Shown: piece by piece, positions 1 to 5,909 of the stretch | Layout of the letters: the number at the start of each line of letters is the position of its first letter | Position numbering within the stretch: position 1 is the first letter of the stretch | From: an uncultured virus (IMG/VR IMGVR_UViG_2049941000_000086) | Lineage: Duplodnaviria; Heunggongvirae; Uroviricota; Caudoviricetes | Reading direction: 5' to 3' (one strand) | Length of the DNA: 20,000 nucleotides | Virus record (IMG/VR): IMGVR_UViG_2049941000_000086 | The notes under the pieces: model-generated | Databases searched by the model: none | What the model saw: only the letters and a program-made list of their open reading frames with translations | What the model was told of the DNA's origin: nothing | Program-made: the position numbers and the translations under genes

Positions 1-1
1 G

Positions 2-274
2 CTGAAGCACTTTACGGAGAAAGCCTTTTACCCGGCTCTTGAAGCCATTGGGATCGAGAACCCTATCGTCACCATCGGAGGAGGACTCAAACGCCATAAA
101 TATACCCCCCACTCCTGCCGACACACCTTTGCCACATTGATGAAGAAGGTAGAAGGTGCGGAGAAAGACAAGTTGGAACTGATGGGGCACACGTCCGGCG
201 AAATGCTCCGATACTACCAGGATGTTGGCGTGGAAGACCTCCGGAAAATCACCGACAACCTTTGGAAAGCCTGA
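2..274 (+). CDS. int: Tyrosine recombinase/phage integrase, C-terminal part (5' end outside window)
   Basis: Frame 2 reads LKHFTEKAFYPALEAIG...YTPHSCRHTFATLMKK...LELMGHTSGEMLRYYQDV...LWKA*. It has the HxxR box, the (L/M)GH motif and the catalytic Tyr of tyrosine recombinases, and lies next to a tRNA-fragment att site. Confidence 0.95.
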   Translation: MKHFTEKAFYPALEAIGIENPIVTIGGGLKRHKYTPHSCRHTFATLMKKVEGAEKDKLELMGHTSGEMLRYYQDVGVEDLRKITDNLWKA

Positions 275-359
275 TTTCTATTATCGCAGCGTTATCGCAT
301 ATTTCGGAGTAAGTACCCCGCAGGGCCTTATAATATAAAGCTCTGCGAGAAATAGCTTG

Positions 360-408
360 TTGAATGGCATTCAAGAGGTCAGCGGTTCGATCCCGCTTAT
401 CTCCACCA
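360..408 (+). tRNA. 3' half of tRNA-Ala(GGC); attP core, not a complete gene
   Basis: TTGA-ATGGCAT-TCAAGAGGTCAGCGGTTCGATCCCGCTTATCTCCACCA gives the anticodon loop (GGC), T arm, acceptor 3' strand and CCA. No D arm or 5' acceptor strand upstream. Confidence 0.9.
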
Positions 409-413
409 GAGGG

Positions 414-456
414 AAAAGCCCGGAAGTCTTTTATTTACAAGGCTTCCGGGCTTTTT
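414..456. terminator. Intrinsic terminator, probably bidirectional
   Basis: Inverted repeat AAAAGCCCGGAAGTCTT-N8-AAGGCTTCCGGGCTTTTT with A and T tracts. It follows the tRNA fragment and lies between convergent int and the minus-strand genes. Confidence 0.85.
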
Positions 457-619
457 CTATGTCCTAATTACTTACTGCCAAAATCCTGCCAAATCCATTA
501 AAACCTTTTGCTACTATCGCAACGGTTATCGCACATTTTGTCCATATTCCCCTTGACTCCCAAAATTCTGTACCGGAACGAACCGGGGCAAGCGCCGAAA
601 ACGAAGGAAGGGGCTGGAA

Positions 620-922
620 TCAACCAGTCCCTTCCTTTTTTGCTTTTTTCTTCCCAACCCTCAGAGAGCATATTTCCAATTTTGGGTTTATTCCCCATTC
701 TTGGAGGAGGATTGTCTTGCGGGTGCTACTCAAGGGCTTAATACCTTTATCGCGCAGGATTCCCAAGCGCCGCTCGTGCTCGGCTTTGTCAAATCCGCAT
801 CCAACGCAGCCGCCGAGTCGGCTGCACTCACGCTCGTTTCGGACGCGGCCATTCTCTCCGCATAGGCAGTTTGGCTTGGGGGATGTCTCCACTTCGGTGT
901 ATTGCGGGATATAGATGCTCAT
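620..922 (-). CDS. Hypothetical phage protein, Cys-rich (CxC, CxxC)
   Basis: 100 aa ORF; its ATG overlaps the stop of the upstream gene (ATGA). Confidence 0.7.
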   Translation of the reverse strand: MSIYIPQYTEVETSPKPNCLCGENGRVRNERECSRLGGCVGCGFDKAEHERRLGILRDKGIKPLSSTRKTILLQEWGINPKLEICSLRVGKKKAKKEGTG

Positions 923-1179
923 TCGTCGTCACCGTCCTTTGTGGGATATTCAAAAGGGGGGAAGAAGTTCCGCCAGTCATGGCCGTTCAGGAAGTCGATG
1001 ATCTCGTCTCGCTCCTTTTCCAGCCGCATAACTTCATCACGGATTTTCTCGGCTCTGACGGCCAGCGCCGCAACGACGGAATCAGGCAGAGCTTCGCAAA
1101 ATAGTTTGCGCTTCCTTTCCTCGTCCGACAAATCTCTGTAGTCGGTAGAGACCAAATCATAATAATCTTTGCTGGGCAT
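919..1179 (-). CDS. Hypothetical phage protein (86 aa, MPSKDYY...)
   Basis: ATG at 1179 preceded by GGGGAGG; coiled-coil-like middle. Confidence 0.7.
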   Translation of the reverse strand: MPSKDYYDLVSTDYRDLSDEERKRKLFCEALPDSVVAALAVRAEKIRDEVMRLEKERDEIIDFLNGHDWRNFFPPFEYPTKDGDDE

Positions 1180-1369
1180 GGCGCTGTTCCTCCCCTCTGG
1201 CGTTCCAGTCGCGGACCGCCTGCATCTTTCCACCGTTGACCCAAGGGTGATAGTTCTTGCAGTTCTTGCAGCCAACCCACCCGTGCGGGAACGGTTTATA
1301 TACGTTCTTCTCCTGCCCCTTGGCTCCGCAGGCGGGGCAATCGTTCAAGGCGTATGATTGTCTTGACAT
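1157..1369 (-). CDS. Lar-family (restriction alleviation)-like zinc-ribbon protein
   Basis: Pattern LNDCPACG...VGCKNC...AVRDWNAR (CPxCG...CxxC...WNxR). Confidence 0.65.
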   Translation of the reverse strand: MSRQSYALNDCPACGAKGQEKNVYKPFPHGWVGCKNCKNYHPWVNGGKMQAVRDWNARGEEQRHAQQRLL

Positions 1370-1506
1370 CTTCCGATGACTTCCTTTTCGATGACTTCAG
1401 CCGCCGCGCTGAGAACATCCGGTAGCGTGATGGGAACTTCCCAAAGGTTCGCCTCAGCCCACTCCGCGTATTCACGGAGCCGATCTACAAGTTCTTGCAT
1501 AGACAT
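1345..1506 (-). CDS. Hypothetical phage protein
   Basis: MSMQELVDRLRE...AAAEVIE; overlaps or abuts its neighbours. Confidence 0.65.
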   Translation of the reverse strand: MSMQELVDRLREYAEWAEANLWEVPITLPDVLSAAAEVIEKEVIGRCQDNHTP

Positions 1507-1510
1507 ATCA

Positions 1511-2002
1511 TCACAACCCTTCCGGACGCTGAATCCCGATCTTCGCAAGCAGTTCCCAGTTGGCTGGCTTATACTCGTTGCACCATTTTTGTACTGTCGA
1601 TTTGTGGACTCCTATGAGATTTGCAATTTCCTCGTATGTGGCGTTGTTTTTTTCCTTGTATTCGACGATTGCCGCTCTCTGTCTTCCCTGTGCTTTCGCC
1701 TTGTATTCTTCAGAAGCAATCCGCCTGCGGACACGCTCGCGGTCATAAGGCTTTACGTCCGGTGGTAGTTCTCTTCTCGGTCTTCCCTTTTTCTTCGGCT
1801 CCGGTGGATCAGGTTTCGCCTTTGCCGACGCCGCAAACAAGCTTGGGACATACCGTTTCTTGCTGCCAATCAGACGCTTGGTACACCCGTCGCCTGCGGG
1901 GCATCTGCGGGCTTTTCCGGCAACGTAGTTATAGTCGCAGCATTTGCCCTTCGAGGTTGTTCCAAGGTAAATACATCCCTTGCAGTATGCGTCAACCGGC
2001 AT
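1511..2002 (-). CDS. Cys-rich N-terminus plus C-terminal XRE-like HTH DNA-binding protein
   Basis: N-terminal CKGC...CCDY...RRCPAGDGC; C-terminal ATYEEIANLIGVHKSTVQKW HTH pattern. Confidence 0.75.
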   Translation of the reverse strand: MPVDAYCKGCIYLGTTSKGKCCDYNYVAGKARRCPAGDGCTKRLIGSKKRYVPSLFAASAKAKPDPPEPKKKGRPRRELPPDVKPYDRERVRRRIASEEYKAKAQGRQRAAIVEYKEKNNATYEEIANLIGVHKSTVQKWCNEYKPANWELLAKIGIQRPEGL

Positions 2003-2855
2003 CGGTATCTACCTCCAGTTCTGCCATTTGGGAGATCGTCTCCTTGATTCTCGTCACTGCTATTTGGTAGTACCGTTCGTCAAGCTCAATACCGCAAAAG
2101 CTGCGTCCAGTATTCAGTGCCGCGACGCCCGTGCTGCCTGAACCCATGCAGAAGTCCAGCACCACGTCTCCTGGGTCTGTGTAGGTCTTAATAAGCCATT
2201 CTTCCAACCTTACGGGCTTCTGCGTACTGTGATAGGCTCCGCGCTGTTTGTCCGTCGAATATGTGAGAACGCTCGTAGGATACCGCTCCGTCGAGTCGTA
2301 GGAAATCAAGCCGTATTCGCCGTAATCCGTACTCATTTTAGAATTGCGCTTGTGGTCTGCGGTGCTGACCTTCCGTTCGTGGCCGTATGTCTTTTGCGGG
2401 TGGTATGTGACCGGAGTTTTCCGGTAGAAAATGCAAATATCTTCGTGCGCCCTGAGCGGCATCCGGTTTGCATTGAGAAATCCCGTCGGCGTCGTTTTGT
2501 GCCAAACAAGGTTGTAGCGCCAGTCTTTCGGATTACTGTTCATCAGCTTCGCTGTGAACATGCCGCCGGAGTGGAGGGCAATGACTGCGTTTTTCTTGCA
2601 AACACGATGCAGTTCTTTCCAGAGCTTATCCATCGGAAGGGGAACGTCCCATTTGTTTCGTGTTGCCTGATAAGGCGGGTCGGCAAGCACCATATCAACG
2701 CCGTGATCGTGGAAGTTACTCAGTTCCTCGATGCAGTCGGCACGGACCAGGTTAATGAACTGTGCGCGATTCTCACCGTAGAACCGTATGAAGTTCGCTT
2801 GGTGATCTCCGATCAGATATTCCCAGCTACCTATTTTCTGCCACACGGTCATCAC
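1992..2855 (-). CDS. Site-specific DNA methyltransferase (N4-C/N6-A, beta class)
   Basis: ADPPY (motif IV), then HSTQKP and VLDFCMGSGSTG (motif I), then GIELD. Confidence 0.95.
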   Translation of the reverse strand: MMTVWQKIGSWEYLIGDHQANFIRFYGENRAQFINLVRADCIEELSNFHDHGVDMVLADPPYQATRNKWDVPLPMDKLWKELHRVCKKNAVIALHSGGMFTAKLMNSNPKDWRYNLVWHKTTPTGFLNANRMPLRAHEDICIFYRKTPVTYHPQKTYGHERKVSTADHKRNSKMSTDYGEYGLISYDSTERYPTSVLTYSTDKQRGAYHSTQKPVRLEEWLIKTYTDPGDVVLDFCMGSGSTGVAALNTGRSFCGIELDERYYQIAVTRIKETISQMAELEVDTDAG

Positions 2856-3100
2856 CTCCCGACCACAACTTCAAACCCGCCGCCCTGTTTGCAGCGAAGG
2901 AATGCCAGAGGGTTGTCCCGCAGCAGTTCACGGTTCTCGATCATGCAGTCGATAGCCTGCTCTATCGTTTTCGCATTGAGCCGCATCTTGTGGCGCTTCA
3001 GATCTTCCGCAAAGGCGGCGTCAAGCTGGTCCCTCACTTTAAGAAGGGCGGTGGTAAACCCGTGGTTGAATCCGAATTCCATGCGTTCCAATTCCGTCAC
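2852..3100 (-). CDS. Hypothetical phage protein
   Basis: 82 aa ORF coupled to the genes on both sides. Confidence 0.7.
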   Translation of the reverse strand: MTELERMEFGFNHGFTTALLKVRDQLDAAFAEDLKRHKMRLNAKTIEQAIDCMIENRELLRDNPLAFLRCKQGGGFEVVVGR

Positions 3101-3101
3101 C

Positions 3102-4017
3102 TCAGTCCTGGTCCCAAAAGCTGATGTTCTGTGTCATGCGCTCGAAGCGATCTTCTTCCTGCTGGAAGTAGCGCTCGTCAATCTCTGTCCCGACAAAGTT
3201 CAGTCCCGCTTCATAAGCCGCTATGCGGCTGCTACCGCTGCCGAGGTGAGTGTCGAGGATCGTCATACCCGGCTTTGCGTAGTTGGCAAATATCCAGCGG
3301 TACAGGTCAATCGGCTTTGCAGTAGGATGAAAGCGTGGATCACTGGCTTTCCCCTGCGGAGCGCATTCAAACACCTTGGCATTGCTGTTGAAGCTGGTCC
3401 ATGCGTATTCAGCCATCGCCATGCTGAAACTCTCGCTGATGCTGAGTTTGCGCCAGATCAGGAAGCACCGCGTTGGCGGAAGACTGAAGTAGTTGCCGCC
3501 CCAAATTATCTGCGCCTGGGATACGCGGAAAAGCTCATCGAAGTATTCTTTTCCAGGGGCCACGTCCCAGGCTATGATTTTTTTCCGTACTTCTCCGCCC
3601 AAGTCCCGCCTGTCCTGGCTACCTTCGTCTCCGACGGTGAGGTACTTTCTCCAGGGGTCTTTCTTTCCGCCGCCGTGGAATCTGAGACGACGCTTGTTTT
3701 GTATCTCTCGAATCGGCTTCCCGGACTGCCAAAGCGGTTGTACGTCGGGGTGCTTCTCTCTCTCTCTCTCTCTCTACATTAACAGTCTGTGAACTTTCGT
3801 TATAACGGTCGAAACGTCCGCGCTGATTGCGGTGCTCTATGTCTTCGGATTGAAGCGCGTCTCCGTAAGGGGGGTCGCATACGGCCAAATCCACGCAGTT
3901 GTCGGGCATGGCACGGAGAAGGTCCATACAGTCCGCATTGAATGCGACGTTGAACTTGCCATCCGTGTCCAGCGTCTGCTCAGCACCGTGGATATCAAGG
4001 AATGTGATTGTCTCCAT
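3102..4017 (-). CDS. DNA methyltransferase (N4/N6, beta class), out of frame at an (AG)n tract; candidate phase-variable gene
   Basis: The N-part (3619-4017) has ADCMDLLRAMPDNCVDLAVCDPPY. The C-part, in another frame, has WDVAP..EYFDELFRVS..QIIWGGNYF, HPTAKP, LDTHLGSGS and GTEID. The C frame is open from the repeat to 3102. Confidence 0.88.
3755..3775. repeat. (TC)10T / (AG)10A microsatellite inside the methyltransferase
   Basis: Read directly; encodes ERERERE in the N-terminal frame. Confidence 0.97.
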
Positions 4018-4162
4018 CGTTTTCCCACCATCCTATGCTCAGTTCTCCGGTCAGCACGTTGCGCAATATCTGCACCGTTCAGTTGGTATGCAGTTCCAGT
4101 TCCTCGTAGAGATTCACTTCGACGGTTTCTTCCTCTTCCGGGGTCACGGTCTCGTCATTCAT
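3995..4162 (-). pseudogene. Small phage protein with an internal in-frame TGA (4079-4081)
   Basis: MNDETVTPEEEETVEVNLYEELELHTN*TVQILRNVLTGELSIGWWENDGDNHIP*. It fills the gap exactly and overlaps both neighbours. Confidence 0.6.
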
Positions 4163-4583
4163 CGGAGTTGCGAAGATCGGTGGAGGCATTCAACGGCTCT
4201 AAAATATCAGCCAAGTTACGTGCCGCTTCGCCGCTGTCACAACAAACCTTGACTTTGACTTCTGCCTCTCTACTGGTTTCGTGTTCCGCAACGACTGCCG
4301 CTTTCAGAAGCAGAAGGTAATTGATGTGGTCGGTAATCTTCTCGTTCCACAACTCCAAAGGATAGGAGTGGCCGCTCCTGCACATGTCGTAGATAGAAAT
4401 TGTATGTTTAGCCATCATACCAGCGAGAGCTTCGGTGGGCGCACAGCCCATCATTCCCGCTGCGGCTTTGAAGTTGTGCAGGCGATCACCTCCGGTGGCA
4501 TACTCACCCGCTTTCTTCAGCAGGATGCCCTTACAGGTTTCAATCTGATCTTCGATAATCTTCTCGAACTGTTCGCTGTTCAT
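4155..4583 (-). CDS. Phage alpha-helical protein, possibly a nucleotide-modification-associated (DUF1599-like) domain
   Basis: KKAGEYA...DRLHNF...MMAKH...EKITDHINYLLLL; AAGGAG RBS. Family label is tentative. Confidence 0.7.
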   Translation of the reverse strand: MNSEQFEKIIEDQIETCKGILLKKAGEYATGGDRLHNFKAAAGMMGCAPTEALAGMMAKHTISIYDMCRSGHSYPLELWNEKITDHINYLLLLKAAVVAEHETSREAEVKVKVCCDSGEAARNLADILEPLNASTDLRNSDE

Positions 4584-4604
4584 TGGTGTCTCTCCTTCGT
4601 TTAT

Positions 4605-4679
4605 TGGCAGGGATGGAAGGATTCGGACCTGCGCGTAACTGGTTCAAGGCCAGATGCCTTTCCGCTTGGCTACATCCCC
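4605..4679 (-). tRNA. tRNA-Gln(TTG), atypical (C33, C55, stem mismatches)
   Basis: GGGGATG-TA-GCCAAGCGGAAAGGC-A-TCTGG-CCTTGAA-CCAGT-TACGC-GCAGG-TCCGAAT-CCTTC-CATCCCT-G-CCA. Confidence 0.8.
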
Positions 4680-4689
4680 GTGTTTCACG

Positions 4690-4899
4690 ATATCGGCGGA
4701 GGATCGGTCGCCGTAACCATACACCACGCCAGGGCGCTCCTGAGTTGGCCCGCGTCGCCACGCCACTTCCTCACCTTCGGTTGAGACTTCCGAAGCCTCC
4801 GCCGCTACCACGGAACTTTTCAGCCCTGCGCCCGCACAGGTCGCATCCGTTTTTTTTACAGGGCCGGAGCCAGCCACTATTATTTATCATCCGCCGAGA
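4690..4899 (-). ncRNA. Candidate ~205 nt structured RNA between tRNAs
   Basis: Termini pair (TCGGCGGATGAT / ATCCTCCGCCGA); internal hairpins such as CTTCGG-AAGTCTCAA-CCGAAG; no credible ORF. Confidence 0.5.
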
Positions 4900-4980
4900 T
4901 TGTGCGCTCCCGAACGGTGAAGCCCGTCTTCACCCCGTCCCTTGTTATGGACGATTTGTATAGGTGAAGCTAACCGGGCG

Positions 4981-5054
4981 TGGAGCGAGTGACCGGATTT
5001 GAACCGGCGCTCCCAGCTTGGAGGGCTGGTGTTCTACCTCTGAACTACACCCGC
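4981..5054 (-). tRNA. tRNA-Gly(TCC) with C33
   Basis: GCGGGTG-TA-GTTCAGAGGTAGAAC-A-CCAGC-CCTCCAA-GCTGG-GAGC-GCCGG-TTCAAAT-CCGGT-CACTCGC-T-CCA. Confidence 0.92.
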
Positions 5055-5061
5055 ATAAAAA

Positions 5062-5169
5062 AGGGGAGGAGGTGCTTGCACCATGCGCTCTCGGAGTCGA
5101 ACCTTCGTAGCTCGCGGACTCGAACCACTCTGCGCACCTCCGACTACTACCGTTCGTCGTGGTTCCCCT
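5062..5169 (-). ncRNA. Candidate structured domain with two T-loop hairpins
   Basis: AGGGGA/TCCCCT and GGAGGTGC/GCACCTCC stems enclose GG-TTCGAGT-CC and GG-TTCGACT-CC. Confidence 0.55.
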
Positions 5170-5405
5170 ATTTTGCCGCCTCACGGGAATAGGAATGACG
5201 GTTGTACCCATGCCAGCGGACTTTCAAAAGCCGTCTTTATCGCTCTCCTCGCGCCTGACTCGCACAGGCGGCACGTCTGCCGGTGCTATGCCGGGAATAG
5301 GTTGCTCACCCAGCTATGCGGACTTTCGCCCCGTTAATCCGCTTTGTACGGTCTTTCCTATGTACGCAGCCCGACCGTCAGTTCCCGCGTACCGCTATTC
5401 ACGGG
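5170..5405 (-). ncRNA. Candidate multibranched RNA
   Basis: Long-range stem GGAACTGACGGT (5374-5385) / ACCGTCATTCC (5192-5202); several inner hairpins; two 10-mers each duplicated. Confidence 0.5.
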
Positions 5406-5416
5406 TTGCGGCCCCG

Positions 5417-5487
5417 TGCCGATCTGCCGGAATCGAACCGGCTTTCCCGGATTTTACCCGGAGGACACCCTATGTCCCATCGTCGGC
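5417..5487 (-). ncRNA. tRNA-like cloverleaf with aberrant D arm and anticodon loop, no encoded CCA
   Basis: GCCGA..GGACA-TAGGG-TGTCC-TCCGG-GTAAAAT-CCGGG-AAA-GCCGG-TTCGATT-CCGGC-AGATCGGC-A. Confidence 0.6.
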
Positions 5488-5489
5488 AT

Positions 5490-5820
5490 ATACGATTCGT
5501 TTCGAGTGATTACCACGAGGTCGAAACGCTTCCCCCTTCCGGGGTATACCTTTAAGCTCCTCGTTGCCGTCTGTTCCGTGCTGCCACCCGAATTGCCGTT
5601 TTACACTACTCCTGTCGGTTTCGTTTCGTAACCAACCTGCGTTTCTCCGATACTCACCCGGCTCGTCCGTCCGGGACTGCACATCTTGCATCGGCGCTTG
5701 GCTGGGATTTCGGCATTGGCACCCCGCCGCGCTTGGCCTTATCACCGACCCTCGTGTGTCGAGGCTAAACAAGCCGCACACGAATCCAGCTTCTCGCGCT
5801 TCCTCCACCGCTTGCGGGAT
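5490..5820 (-). ncRNA. Candidate ~330 nt structured RNA bracketed by tRNA-like elements
   Basis: Run of hairpins: TCGTGTG..CACACGA, CCCGG..CCGGG, CCCC-GGAA-GGGG, CGTTTCGA..TCGAAACG. The overlapping ORFs look spurious. Confidence 0.4.
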
Positions 5821-5909
5821 TGGTGCCGGGGACGGGATTTGAACCCGCATCACCATCTTCTCGCGCCACCGATAGGATGGCATCCTAACCCTTAGACGAC
5901 GTTCCCGGC
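5821..5909 (-). ncRNA. tRNA-like RNA with an 18-nt anticodon loop and CCA end
   Basis: Acceptor GCCGGG/CCCGGC-A-CCA; T arm GCGGG-TTCAAAT-CCCGT; anticodon stem CCATC/GATGG around CTATCGGTGGCGCGAGAA. Confidence 0.7.

Larger units (their letters stand above)
278..538. mobile_element. Phage attP: tRNA-Ala core with arm-type repeats on both sides
   Basis: Core at 360-408. Near-identical direct repeats CTATTATCGCAGC-GTTATCGCATATTT (278-304) and CTACTATCGCAACGGTTATCGCACATTT (511-538), each with two TATCGCA units. Phage genes lie on both sides. Confidence 0.85.

Noticed and set aside
330..408. Complete tRNA-Ala gene
   Set aside because: The 5' half is absent; this is the att core.
2229..3782. 517 aa plus-strand ORF and other long plus-strand ORFs (6084-7199, 13572-14639, 16158-17015)
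   Set aside because: They are antisense shadows of minus-strand genes that have motifs, RBSs and coupled stops and starts.
3869..3874. G6 tract as a further phase-variation site
   Set aside because: It is short and explained by the Asp-Pro-Pro codons of DPPY.
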